From Aggregatilineales bacterium (lineage in GTDB: Bacteria > Chloroflexota > Anaerolineae > Aggregatilineales > Phototrophicaceae), in contig JBBRTY010000001.1 in assembly GCA_038248285.1 (NCBI GenBank), positions 5,766 to 69,765 of the forward strand: a DNA stretch of 64,000 nt, given 5' to 3'. Made by a program: the position numbers and the translations under genes. A model generated the notes under the pieces. That model had not been told where the DNA came from and ran no database searches. It worked only from the letters and a program-made list of their open reading frames with translations. This document shows, one piece after another, positions 8,462 through 18,629 of this stretch; positions within the stretch are counted from its first letter, which is position 1; each line of letters opens with the position of its first letter.

Positions 8462-10216
8462 ATGGATCTCTCGACATATATTCGCTTAGCGCGAAAATGG
8501 GCGTGGCTGGTTGTACTAGCTGCGTTTATTGCTGGTGGCATTACCTTTATCCTCAATACCGGCACCCCCCCCACGTATCAAGCATCTGTCTTGCTTGCCA
8601 TTGGCAACGCCACAAATTCAGGCAATCCCAACGCCAGCGATATGCAAATAGCGGGGCAATTGGCGGAGAACTATATTCGATTGCTGCGCACCTATGAAGT
8701 TCAACAAAATATTGTCGCTGTTGTGCCCGGCTTAGAAGGTTTCCCTCCAGAATTTTTGGGTAGCATTATCTTTGCTAGCCCATTAGAGGGCACAACCTTT
8801 ATGACCATTACGGTCTCGTATATAGACCCCGTGATGACTGCCGCCATAGCCAATGAAGCCGCTACCCAACTCATCCTCCAAGCGCCGGGGTTAAGCGCTG
8901 GCGAGCAACAACGCCTTCAGTTCGCGAATGAACAGGTCAGCCAACTGACAGTGCAAAACGAAAACCTCCGCACCTTGCTTGATGAAACCAATCAACTCAT
9001 CCAAACCACCACCAATGAAGCAGCGCTCGTCACGCTCAACGAACGACGCACTGCGATCTTGTCCCAATTGGCTCAATTCACCAACACCATTGCCCAGTTT
9101 ACACAACAAAGCAACGACCTCGAACAACGCAGCAATAAGCTAGAAGTAAAAGAAGCGGCACGCATCCCCACCAACGCCCGTACCGTCAATCTCTTCAGCA
9201 CAACTATCGTCGGTGCCCTGATCGGTGCTGCCCTCGCATTGGTTGCAATCATTTCCATTGAATATCTGGATGATGTCATTCGTTCTAGCGAGATTGCCGT
9301 GCAAACCCTCGGCTTACCTGTCTTGGGGGCAATCATGCACATCGGCAAGCGGACGGATAAATACAACGACCGTCTTGTCTACAACTATCCCTCAATGTCC
9401 CCGGTTGCAGAAGGCTATCGCACCTTGCGTACTAACCTCCTGTTCTCGACCGACAATCAAAACAAGGGCGTCTACGTCATCACCAGCCCCAGCCCCGAAG
9501 AAGGCAAAAGCATGACCACCTCCAACCTTGCCATCACGATGGCATTGGCAGGATTGCAAGTGGTCTTGATCGACGCCGACTTGCGTCGTCCTAAATTGCA
9601 CGAGATTTTCCAACTGGAAAACAACGTCGGTTTAACCACGTTGCTCTTTGCAGAACCCGATGTCGTGGAAAATATCAGCGCCGCTGATAGTGATGAAGCA
9701 AAATTGCCAGCGAATCTACGCCAATGTTTGCAAAACACCTCCGTCCCTCGCTTGCGGGTGATCACAAGCGGGTTCATCCCATCCAATCCCACTGAAATCC
9801 TCGGTTCATCGCTGATGCAACGCTGGATCGCAACCTTTCGCAACTCTCCCGGCATCGATATTGTCCTTATCGATAGCCCGCCCACGTTGATGGTTGCCGA
9901 CTCGACCGTGCTGGCTGCCACTGCCAAAGCGGATGTACTGTTGGTCATTGATGCCGGTAAGACACGGCGCGGTGCTGGCATAAAAGCCAAAGAACGCTTC
10001 ACGCAATTGGGCTTGGAGGTCAAAGGGGTCATCCTCAATCGGCTTAACCCCCGTGATGAAACTTACGAGTATACCTATTCCTATGGGTACTATTACACGC
10101 CAACACCCAAAGCCAATCAACGTGGCAAAAACGGAGGCTCACGTCGTGATGCCAAGTCTGTTGAAAAACAGACCGAAGTCAATATAGGCACAACATCCCA
10201 ACCTGACAAAGAGTAG
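8462..10216 (+). CDS. Polysaccharide co-polymerase / tyrosine autokinase (Wzz domain plus CpsD/Wzc-like ATPase)
   Basis: N-terminal TM (WAWLVVLAAFIAGGITFIL), a coiled-coil periplasmic region, then a second TM. Walker A ITSPSPEEGKSMTTSNLA and Walker A' VVLIDADLRRP are present. A C-terminal Tyr cluster reads ETYEYTYSYGYYYT. AGGAG lies 10 nt upstream. Confidence 0.85.
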   Translation: MDLSTYIRLARKWAWLVVLAAFIAGGITFILNTGTPPTYQASVLLAIGNATNSGNPNASDMQIAGQLAENYIRLLRTYEVQQNIVAVVPGLEGFPPEFLGSIIFASPLEGTTFMTITVSYIDPVMTAAIANEAATQLILQAPGLSAGEQQRLQFANEQVSQLTVQNENLRTLLDETNQLIQTTTNEAALVTLNERRTAILSQLAQFTNTIAQFTQQSNDLEQRSNKLEVKEAARIPTNARTVNLFSTTIVGALIGAALALVAIISIEYLDDVIRSSEIAVQTLGLPVLGAIMHIGKRTDKYNDRLVYNYPSMSPVAEGYRTLRTNLLFSTDNQNKGVYVITSPSPEEGKSMTTSNLAITMALAGLQVVLIDADLRRPKLHEIFQLENNVGLTTLLFAEPDVVENISAADSDEAKLPANLRQCLQNTSVPRLRVITSGFIPSNPTEILGSSLMQRWIATFRNSPGIDIVLIDSPPTLMVADSTVLAATAKADVLLVIDAGKTRRGAGIKAKERFTQLGLEVKGVILNRLNPRDETYEYTYSYGYYYTPTPKANQRGKNGGSRRDAKSVEKQTEVNIGTTSQPDKE

Positions 10217-10458
10217 CCGTCATTCTACAGGGTGCGAGAAGGCTTAAGTTTGGAAAATGGTGCTATCCGTTTAATTTGTCCGGATAAATGGATATCTTGT
10301 TTTTCAAAATTTAAGCCTTCTTTTGTATAATGTAAGTGAAATCTGTGGATCTAGGCAATGCCCTAGCCTCACAATACAATAGACAACCTTTGCCATGAGG
10401 TTGTCCCACTGATGCCAAAACGCAGTCTAGTCTGCGCAATGTTATATGAGGACGATGA

Positions 10459-12420
10459 ATGCAAACAACAACCCCACGAGATGATAGGTCGCGGTTAATG
10501 CTTCGGCGTATCACAAGGATTGCCACTGGCGCACTCGTTGATGCCGCTGTGGTAGTCGCAAGCTACCTAATTACCATCGCCCTCCTCACTGTGAGTGATC
10601 CTGATTACGAATCGTTTAACGCTGATTTCGTACTCCTGCTGCTCATTGCCTTGTGCATGGTGGCTTCGTTGTATGCGTTTGGGGTTTATAAGCGCCTTTG
10701 GCATCGCACCAGTGGCTATGGTGTAACCATCATCATCAATGCCGTTGTTGTCGCAACAGTGGCGATCATCTTTGGCATCCTACTGCTTGCCCCCAATGCT
10801 CTGGCTATCCAACTCATTTTAATTGGCAATGGCTTTTCGATGGTGATCTTTGTCGCGCTTCGCTATCGCTCCCGGCTGATCAGCGGTTTAAGCTGGCGTT
10901 GGAATGCCGTCATACGGAGTGAATTCCCGCATTCAACCACGCACGTTTTAATTATCGGCGCAGGCGAATCGGGACAAGTCTTGGCGTTACGGCTCAAGCA
11001 TCGCTATAGAAGTGCCCATAATCGTTATAAAGTTGTCGGCTTCATTGACGATGATTTGAGCAAACAAGGCTTATATGTCGAAAGTTGTCCGATTATCGGT
11101 ACACGCCATGACATCGTAAAGCTTGCAGAAAAACACAAAATTGATTTGATCGTCGTCGCAATCCACAACATTAGCGGTCCCAGCTTTCGCGAAATCCTAA
11201 CTTATTGCGAAAAAACGAAAGCGCTCATCAAAGTTGTGCCTGACCTGCAAGAGATGGTCAACGCGCGACAGACGACCGATGTCCTCCGCGATGTCCAAGC
11301 TGAAGACTTGATCGGGCGCTCACCAGTTACCCGTTATGAGGGCGTAGACTTGTCCCCCGTGACAGAAAAAACCATCCTCATCACTGGTGCCGCCGGTTCT
11401 ATCGGTTCGGAACTCAGCCGCCAAATCATGGCGTATCGTCCCACGAAAGTCGTTATCCTCGACAATAATGAGAGCGGTCTGCACGATCTCTTTATCGAAC
11501 TGCAATCCAAGCATCCAGAGTTAAATATCTTCGCCGCCTTGGTCGATATCACTATTCGCCCGGTGTTACGCACGATCTTCGAAACCCATCAGCCGCAAAT
11601 CGTCTTTCACGCTGCGGCGTATAAGCATGTGCCGATGTTGGAAAACTATCCCCACGAGGCGATCCGTGTCAATGTGGTCGGCACACGTAATCTGGCTGAA
11701 CTTGCCCAAGAATACAATGTTGAACGCTTTGTGTTGATCTCCACCGATAAAGCGGTCAACCCATCCAGCGTGATGGGCGCAAGCAAACGCCTATGCGAGT
11801 TGATACTCCTTGCACTCTCCCAAAACAAGTCGAAAAACACGCGCTTCGCCGCAGTGCGGTTTGGAAACGTCCTCGGCAGCAGGGGCAGTGTGGTGCCCAC
11901 CTTTAATCGTCAGATTGACAGCGGCGGTCCAGTCACGGTGACGCATCAAGAGATGACGCGCTACTTTATGAGCATCCCCGAAGCCGTTAACCTGATTATC
12001 CATGCCGCCTGCATGACCAATGGACACGACATCTATGTCTTACAAATGGGCGAGGTGGTGCGCATTGTCGAACTCGCAGAACGCATGATCCGTCTTCGTG
12101 GGCTACGCCCCTATCAAGATATCGAAATCAAATTTACAGGGATTCGCCCCGGCGAAAAAATGCACGAAGAACTCTTCAACGAGATCGAAAAGCCCGGCGA
12201 AACACAGCACCCCAATATTATGAAAGTGGATAACGATAAAAGCTCAATGATGGTTGATCATTTCTGGTCAAAAATCGACACTTTGATTGAAGAATCTTTT
12301 GCAATGGGCAGCACAGCGCTTCATAAAATGACCGTCATTATTCAGGATGAACCATCGCCATCCTTGAATGGTCATCACGGCGAACCCATTCCGAGTGAAA
12401 TCCAATTCCGTACACCCTGA
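10459..12420 (+). CDS. CapD/PglF/WbpM-like membrane-anchored nucleotide-sugar 4,6-dehydratase/epimerase
   Basis: 653 aa with 4 N-terminal TM helices, a first Rossmann segment LIIGAGESGQ and an SDR motif ILITGAAGSIGSEL. Also FHAAAYKHVPMLE and STDKAVNPSSVMGASKR, typical of the polysaccharide biosynthesis CapD family. Confidence 0.85.
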   Translation: MQTTTPRDDRSRLMLRRITRIATGALVDAAVVVASYLITIALLTVSDPDYESFNADFVLLLLIALCMVASLYAFGVYKRLWHRTSGYGVTIIINAVVVATVAIIFGILLLAPNALAIQLILIGNGFSMVIFVALRYRSRLISGLSWRWNAVIRSEFPHSTTHVLIIGAGESGQVLALRLKHRYRSAHNRYKVVGFIDDDLSKQGLYVESCPIIGTRHDIVKLAEKHKIDLIVVAIHNISGPSFREILTYCEKTKALIKVVPDLQEMVNARQTTDVLRDVQAEDLIGRSPVTRYEGVDLSPVTEKTILITGAAGSIGSELSRQIMAYRPTKVVILDNNESGLHDLFIELQSKHPELNIFAALVDITIRPVLRTIFETHQPQIVFHAAAYKHVPMLENYPHEAIRVNVVGTRNLAELAQEYNVERFVLISTDKAVNPSSVMGASKRLCELILLALSQNKSKNTRFAAVRFGNVLGSRGSVVPTFNRQIDSGGPVTVTHQEMTRYFMSIPEAVNLIIHAACMTNGHDIYVLQMGEVVRIVELAERMIRLRGLRPYQDIEIKFTGIRPGEKMHEELFNEIEKPGETQHPNIMKVDNDKSSMMVDHFWSKIDTLIEESFAMGSTALHKMTVIIQDEPSPSLNGHHGEPIPSEIQFRTP

Positions 12421-12511
12421 TTTCCTAGTGGAGCAAGACGGCGTTGTTCGACTCTACACCACACTCTAAACTTGCGAATTCAATTCCAACAGACTCCTAT
12501 AAGGTTTTGAT

Positions 12512-14602
12512 ATGACTTTCACACCTGATCCACTATCCCCCAATGAGGGTGAACAATTGGCAGTTGTTGATGCCAATTCGCGCTATGTAGAAGCTGAACC
12601 TAGACGGCGTGTTCGGAGACGGCGGCGCAAAGGGGGTATTGTCCGGCAGATTATGAAACGCCTAGGTCTTCGCCGGCAGATCAACGGGGTTTTGATCGCT
12701 ATCGTGAGCCTGGTCGTGATCTCATTGATAGTCTTTATCGCCCTGATCGTAGACTCCTTTACAAAAATCAACGCTTCCATCAATGGCTTAGAACAGGTTT
12801 TGAATGCTGTCCAGAATCGCTCAGGTGCCAATATCTCCCTAAAAGATTTTGAAGATCTTCAATTAGGGGTGATTCAAGTCGGCAATCAATTGGAATTGGC
12901 GCAAAATCGGCTCAATATTATTCGCCCTTTCGCCACCGCCAATCCCGATATTGAACTCACCTTTCGCAGTTTGGACATTGCTCGAAGACTGACCGATGCC
13001 TCCGAAGCCATGTTGAGTGGCTTACAACCCGCTTTGTTTTACCTTGTTGCAGGGGAAGACGAAAACAGCAATTTGACGCAGATTTCGTCGGGCGACCGCC
13101 TTGTTGAACTTTTGGATGTCGGGCGTGAACAATTCCTCAAGGCGCAGGAACAACTCGCCGTAGCCCAAACCCTTTTGGCGGAACTCACTATCGATAACCC
13201 GCCCTTAGAACTCCTGCGCACGACCGAACGGATCATTAGTTTCAACGAGCAACTCACCAGCATCAATGATGTGCTCTTGAACTCCACAGATCTTCTCAAC
13301 GTGGTGTTAGGTCTCAATGGTCAGCGCACCTATTTGATCCTTGCGGTCAATAATGACGAAATTCGCCCATCGGGTGGGTTCCTCAGCACATGGGGGTGGT
13401 TTACTGTTCGCAACGGGCGCATGGTGGATTACGACTACAGTGCTTCGACCCGCACCAGTCCTACCCCGCCCGATACGAGCTTGGCAAACACTTTCAATAT
13501 CCCCTACTGGTGGATTCAATACCGTCAACCTATCTATGCCGCATGGGATGGCAGTTGGAGCGCCGATTTTCCATCTACTGCATCCAGAGCCATGTGGTAT
13601 TACAACGAAGGCGGAAACGAGCACGCCCCGATTGATGGTGTCCTGTCAGTGGATATCACCGCCTTTGAATATATTCTCGGAGTCTTGGGGGAAGTCGAAG
13701 TCGCCAATGAAACGGCGGATGAAGTCGTCACGGCGGCAAATTTCCGCGAAATCGTCTACGACATTCGCGCCTATAGCACCGGCGCAGAACCACACAAAGC
13801 CTTTGTCGCCGCCACCTATGCGGCAATTATGCAAGAATGGCAAACAGCCTCGCGCGATCCAGAACTTAATAGCCGGATTCTTGAAGCCCTGTTGCGCGCT
13901 GTTCAAGAAAAACACATGATGATCTACCTCGCCAACCCACAACTCGATAACGCCATTCAATTGTTAGGGTGGTCTGGCGACCAATATGAAGAAGCAAATA
14001 GCGACTATCTCATGGTTGTGGATAGTAACTTAGGCAATAAATCGAATAGCTCCGTCTTGCGCAACTTGACTTATGATGTCGATATTCAAGCCAACGATGT
14101 ACTCTCCAAACGCCTCACCATCGGCTATGAGTATCCGGCTTCATTGGCGGATCTTGACCCTGCCGTCGATGCTGAATTTCATGGACCGCTGGATTATTCG
14201 ACAATGGTGCAAGTATACGCCCCAGCCAATACCGAACTGGTCAGCAACAGCACCGATATCATGCTGCCGATTGTGGACGCACAAAGTGAACTTTGGTTGG
14301 CATCAACATCTTTCGTCGTTCCCTTCGATGACTCTCGCCGAGTCCAGTTCAGTTATACCTCGCCCAATCTTATCCCTCGTTTTGGGAATTATGGGCGTTA
14401 TAAGTTGTTGATTCAAAAGCAACCGGGGACAATCGGCGATACTGTCACTGTGCAAGTACTTCTACCGCCCAATTCCAAAGTTGTCGAGTCCAATCCAGCA
14501 CCCGTTGCCACTTTTGCCCTTGACCGTCCCATTGTCGAATATCAATTCACCTTGACGGTCGATCAAGAAATCGACCTAATTTTTGAATACAAACCGGATT
14601 AA
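12512..14602 (+). CDS. DUF4012-like membrane-anchored protein of polysaccharide loci
   Basis: 696 aa with a basic N-terminus, one TM (VLIAIVSLVVISLIVFIALIV) and the motif LILAVNNDEIRPSGGFLSTWGWFTVRNGRM, which matches the DUF4012 signature (NNxExRxxGGfxgs.g). Confidence 0.65.
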   Translation: MTFTPDPLSPNEGEQLAVVDANSRYVEAEPRRRVRRRRRKGGIVRQIMKRLGLRRQINGVLIAIVSLVVISLIVFIALIVDSFTKINASINGLEQVLNAVQNRSGANISLKDFEDLQLGVIQVGNQLELAQNRLNIIRPFATANPDIELTFRSLDIARRLTDASEAMLSGLQPALFYLVAGEDENSNLTQISSGDRLVELLDVGREQFLKAQEQLAVAQTLLAELTIDNPPLELLRTTERIISFNEQLTSINDVLLNSTDLLNVVLGLNGQRTYLILAVNNDEIRPSGGFLSTWGWFTVRNGRMVDYDYSASTRTSPTPPDTSLANTFNIPYWWIQYRQPIYAAWDGSWSADFPSTASRAMWYYNEGGNEHAPIDGVLSVDITAFEYILGVLGEVEVANETADEVVTAANFREIVYDIRAYSTGAEPHKAFVAATYAAIMQEWQTASRDPELNSRILEALLRAVQEKHMMIYLANPQLDNAIQLLGWSGDQYEEANSDYLMVVDSNLGNKSNSSVLRNLTYDVDIQANDVLSKRLTIGYEYPASLADLDPAVDAEFHGPLDYSTMVQVYAPANTELVSNSTDIMLPIVDAQSELWLASTSFVVPFDDSRRVQFSYTSPNLIPRFGNYGRYKLLIQKQPGTIGDTVTVQVLLPPNSKVVESNPAPVATFALDRPIVEYQFTLTVDQEIDLIFEYKPD

Positions 14603-14782
14603 CGAACTCAATCCGTCATTCACCTTTTCCAAATAATGCAGCACTGTGATGGACAAAATCATGAAAAGTGCCCATCACAGCGCTCATGGACATCCTAAGA
14701 TTAAGGATATTTTGCGTTAAGTTGGGATAAATTTGGGATAATCAGGGGATATTATCGCAAATCACACTCGAATCGAGGAATT

Positions 14783-15784
14783 ATGAAAGTGCTTGTCACA
14801 GGCGGTGCCGGGTATATCGGCAGCCATATGGTCAATGTCCTACTGGAACGCGGTTATGAAGTGGTCATCTATGATAGCCTCGTCACTGGGCATCGGGAGT
14901 CTGTTCCCGCCCAAGCAACATTGGTAGTCGGCGATCTGCTCGACCCTCAAGCCATCGAACAGTTGTTTAATAGCCATCAATTCGATGGTATCTTCCATTT
15001 TGCGTCCTACATCATTGTGCCCGAAAGTATGCAAAAACCCTTTAAGTATCTACGAGATAATGTCGTCGCTGCCTCCAATCTACTCGAAGCTGCCGCCGCC
15101 CATGGGGTTAAGCGTTTTATATTGTCTTCTACTGCTGCCCTGTTCGATAAACCTCAGCGCATTCCCATTGATGAAAAAGAACCCGTTATCCCCGGTAGCC
15201 CTTATGGGGAAAGTAAAGCGATGATCGAGCGCCTGCTCTACTGGATGGATAAAATTTATGGGCTAAAGTATTGCGCTCTACGCTACTTTAATGCTGCCGG
15301 TGCCCATCCGAACGGACAGATTGGCGAAGATCACGCGCCCGAAAGCCACCTCATCCCGATAGTGCTGCAAGTGGCTTTGGGGCAACGTGACTCGTTAACA
15401 ATTTACGGAGATGATTATTCGACGCCGGACGGTACTGCCGTGCGCGATTATATCCATGTGCTAGACCTTGCCGCTGCCCATATCCTTGCTTTCGAAGCCT
15501 TAGAACATGGCGAAAGCCGTGCCTATAATCTTGGCACCGGCACCGGTTACTCGGTCAAACAAGTGATCGAGTACGCCCGCGAACTGACAGGGCACCCTAT
15601 TCCGGTGGTCTATGGTCCGCGGCGTGGTGGGGATCTAGCAGCATTAGTCGCAGACTCGACCGCGATCAAGCAAGAGCTAGGATGGCAACCTGCCTACCCA
15701 GACCTACGACAAATCATCGAAACGGCGTGGAACTGGCATAGCAACCATCCAGCAGGTTACGCTTCGGCAAACAAACCCGGATAA
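14783..15784 (+). CDS. galE: UDP-glucose 4-epimerase
   Basis: [18 protein letters not shown]-binding motif, the SDR catalytic motif YGESK, and [18 protein letters not shown], typical of GalE. AGGA lies upstream. Confidence 0.9.
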   Translation: MKVLVTGGAGYIGSHMVNVLLERGYEVVIYDSLVTGHRESVPAQATLVVGDLLDPQAIEQLFNSHQFDGIFHFASYIIVPESMQKPFKYLRDNVVAASNLLEAAAAHGVKRFILSSTAALFDKPQRIPIDEKEPVIPGSPYGESKAMIERLLYWMDKIYGLKYCALRYFNAAGAHPNGQIGEDHAPESHLIPIVLQVALGQRDSLTIYGDDYSTPDGTAVRDYIHVLDLAAAHILAFEALEHGESRAYNLGTGTGYSVKQVIEYARELTGHPIPVVYGPRRGGDLAALVADSTAIKQELGWQPAYPDLRQIIETAWNWHSNHPAGYASANKPG

Positions 15785-16344
15785 GGCAGGTTTGCCGATT
15801 GCGAGCGTTCCAACCATTGCGCCAACGGTTGCGCCTTCGTATCACGTTCCGAAAGCACAGGTTCTTTGACGGGCCAATCAATGCCGATGTCGGGGTCATT
15901 CCACAATACCCCAGACTCGTTGACACCGTTATAGGAGCCTGTGCATAAATATTCCACTTCGGCATAGTCCGACAAAACACAATAACCGCGCGCAAACCCA
16001 GCGGGTGCCCACATCTGCTTGCGATTTTTGTCCGATAGTTTTTCGCCATGCCACTGACCGAGGGTAGGTGAACCTTTACGCACATCAACAGCGACGATGA
16101 AGGCTTCCCCCTGCGACACCCGCATCAGCTTCCCCATCGGCGGTTCCCACTGAAAATGTAATCCTCGCAGCACATTTTTCGCAGAACCCGCTAGATTTAA
16201 CTGCACAAAAGTGGTCGGCAAACCGACTTCCGCGTAAATATCATGGCGATACACTTCCATAAAAAACCCGCGGTGATCGTCAAAGTATTCGTGCGAGAAC
16301 ACTTTGACTGCGCCAAAATACACGCCTTCGACATGGATCTTCAT
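15757..16344 (-). CDS. rfbC: dTDP-4-dehydrorhamnose 3,5-epimerase (cupin)
   Basis: Motifs [47 protein letters not shown] and [11 protein letters not shown] match RmlC. The ORF-track start (16443) adds 33 residues with no counterpart in RmlC, so I place the start at MKIHVEG (16344). Start is uncertain. The stop overlaps the galE 3' end by 28 nt (convergent). Confidence 0.8.
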   Translation of the reverse strand: MKIHVEGVYFGAVKVFSHEYFDDHRGFFMEVYRHDIYAEVGLPTTFVQLNLAGSAKNVLRGLHFQWEPPMGKLMRVSQGEAFIVAVDVRKGSPTLGQWHGEKLSDKNRKQMWAPAGFARGYCVLSDYAEVEYLCTGSYNGVNESGVLWNDPDIGIDWPVKEPVLSERDTKAQPLAQWLERSQSANLPYPGLFAEA

Positions 16345-16573
16345 TCGATTAGAAATCTCTTCTGGATAGTTAAAATCAGCCAAAGTGTAGTCGTTTCCCA
16401 ACAGAAAGACAACGCATTGCTTAAAGACTATTTGTTTTTCCAAATCCTGTGCCGATTTCCCCGCGCACTTCTAATTGATAGGATATAATGTCAGGAATCA
16501 TGTCTCAATCCATGTAAAAAATTCCGTTGTAATCGCAGAAACTATGTCGGATTAGTCAATAGAGTATCGAACG

Positions 16574-17131
16574 ATGCAGCAAATCATCACCCACGATCAA
16601 TGCAAGCGTTGTCAAGAATGTTGCCGTTTTCGCGAGAATCGCCAATACTTTGCCCCTGTTTTCACCCCTGATGAGGTCGAAGCAGCGCGTACTGCCGCAC
16701 CCACCGTCAACGCCACCTTCAAACCTGTCGATGGCGATCTGTTTCAGATTCAACTCCAACCCGCCTTATATCCTGATGAAAATTATCAGTATGTCTGTCC
16801 CTTCCTTGATGAAGCTGGCTATGCTTGCACCATCTACGAGGTCCGTCCGTTTGATTGTCGAATCTGGCCCCTGATCATCCTAAAAATCCGTGAGACGGGC
16901 AAGATCATGCTGGCGCATTTTACGGGGGAAGTCTGTCTTGCCATGCGCGAGGTCAGCGAAGCGGAATTGCACACCTACACCACCGAATTCGCTCGCTATG
17001 TGCGCGGTGCTAAATTCATTGAATTTCTAAAACTGCACCCCGGCTTAATCTGGGAACATCATCCAGAAGGTGGCTACATCACGGTTTCCATCGATGACCT
17101 CACCGCGCTGTTTGCCGAGAAAACTTCATGA
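16574..17131 (+). CDS. YkgJ-family Cys-cluster (CxxCxxCC) zinc/iron-binding protein
   Basis: N-terminal CKRCQECC motif plus a later YVCPFL...CTIYEVRPFDCRIWP segment, as in the UPF0153/YkgJ family. Confidence 0.6.
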   Translation: MQQIITHDQCKRCQECCRFRENRQYFAPVFTPDEVEAARTAAPTVNATFKPVDGDLFQIQLQPALYPDENYQYVCPFLDEAGYACTIYEVRPFDCRIWPLIILKIRETGKIMLAHFTGEVCLAMREVSEAELHTYTTEFARYVRGAKFIEFLKLHPGLIWEHHPEGGYITVSIDDLTALFAEKTS

Positions 17132-18453
17132 TTACCAGACTCGCAGAGCGTTTCTTCAAAATCCGCCCCGATGAAATTGGCTTCGTACTCACAATGGGTG
17201 CCATCTTGTTTATGAACGCCCTAACATTGCAGATCACCAATGTGGTGTCGATCAGCGGCTTCCTCAATGAAGTCGGTGCCAATCTATTCATCATTTTGTG
17301 GATAGTCGAAATGATCGTGATCATTGGCACTACGGGGCTTCATAGCTTGATTGTGGACCGTTTTGATCGGCTCTCGCTGCTCAAACTGATCAGCTTGTTT
17401 TTTGCGGGCTTGTATCTCATCTTGACGTTCATGTTTCTGATCGGTTTGCCGGGGTGGTTGAATTATTCCCTGTTGTCACTTTTTGTCGATCAACAACTCT
17501 ACTTCTTCCCGATCATTTATTGGATTCTAGCAAACGACCTCACGCACCCCAGTCGATCAATTCGTCTATTTCCAGTCATCGCCAGCTTCGGCATTATGGG
17601 CGACATCGCCGGTTTAGGCATAAGCGCGGGAGCCCCTGGGGTACTGGCAGGACTGGCACTGCCCAATACCACTCTGCTCATCCTCGTAATCATCGCCTAC
17701 CTCGGCATTTTCGTCGTCTCATCGGGCTTAAACAAAATCCCACGCCGCGAAGTGCAACGGCAACACGAAACCGTTCGCGAAACGCTTAAAGAAGGACGTG
17801 GTTTTGTGCAGGATGTCCCCGCTTTTCGTTATTTGATGTTTTCGCTATTTATTATCGCCGCCGTGATGACAATTATCGAATATCATTTCTTAGCTTTAAG
17901 CGAGTCATCGTATCAGAGTATTGATCAATTTCAGACTTTTTACAGCGTTGTCTTTCTGATCCAAACGATTGTCGCTATCGTCGTTCAGTCCTTGCTGACC
18001 AGCCGCATCATCAATTGGTTAAATCTGAAAAACACATTCCTGCTAATGCCCGCCACTGCCCTATTCGTCACCATCGTTGGCATGATTTTCCCCGGCATTG
18101 TCAGTGCCACCTCAGGCTATTTAATGGCTAAGCTGGTATTGAACGGCATCGATGATACTTCGCGAAAATCATTGCAGGCTTTCGTTCCAGAAGAACGGCG
18201 CGGTCGGGTAAGCTTATTTATGGATAGCTACCTTTATGCCAGCGGCGTTATACTTGGGTCTATCATTCTTGGGTTCACGCTGATTGTCAGCGGGGGTATC
18301 GCGTCATCAACCTATATCATCATCGGCATTCTGCTTTCAGCACTCGCATTGAATTGGATATTACGAATGCGCCGCTCCTATGATGCCAGCTTATTTAACT
18401 GGCGCTTAAAACGTCGTCAACACATGTCCTCCATCCTTGATAAACTGGGCTAG
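17128..18453 (+). CDS. Polytopic membrane protein, MFS/nucleotide-transporter-like
   Basis: 441 aa with about 11-12 hydrophobic helices. The N-terminus RFFKIRPDEIGFVLTMGAILFMN resembles the start of AAA/Npt-type MFS carriers. Overlaps the previous gene by ATGA (translational coupling). Confidence 0.45.
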   Translation: MITRLAERFFKIRPDEIGFVLTMGAILFMNALTLQITNVVSISGFLNEVGANLFIILWIVEMIVIIGTTGLHSLIVDRFDRLSLLKLISLFFAGLYLILTFMFLIGLPGWLNYSLLSLFVDQQLYFFPIIYWILANDLTHPSRSIRLFPVIASFGIMGDIAGLGISAGAPGVLAGLALPNTTLLILVIIAYLGIFVVSSGLNKIPRREVQRQHETVRETLKEGRGFVQDVPAFRYLMFSLFIIAAVMTIIEYHFLALSESSYQSIDQFQTFYSVVFLIQTIVAIVVQSLLTSRIINWLNLKNTFLLMPATALFVTIVGMIFPGIVSATSGYLMAKLVLNGIDDTSRKSLQAFVPEERRGRVSLFMDSYLYASGVILGSIILGFTLIVSGGIASSTYIIIGILLSALALNWILRMRRSYDASLFNWRLKRRQHMSSILDKLG

Positions 18454-18629
18454 TTAAAATAATGAGTTGAAGAGTAAGTAATCGTCCCTAGAAATGTCCT
18501 ACCAGAACGATTTATCACGGAGCGGTTAACTTACCAATGGCACGCTATGCACCTGTTGCATCCGTGATTCGCTAAATTTGTCGTCGTTTCACGATCCCCC
18601 TATTTGGGAATAGTTTGGAGAACTGAAAA

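Noticed and set aside
10238-10320. Imperfect inverted repeat (AGAAGGCTTAAGTTT ... AAATTTAAGCCTTCT) enclosing about 50 nt upstream of the CapD-like gene, considered as a mobile element or riboswitch.
   Set aside because: It has one mismatch, no flanking duplication and no known motif. It overlaps a plausible TATAAT promoter region (10326-10331). It is more likely a 5'-UTR or promoter structure, and I cannot assign a function.
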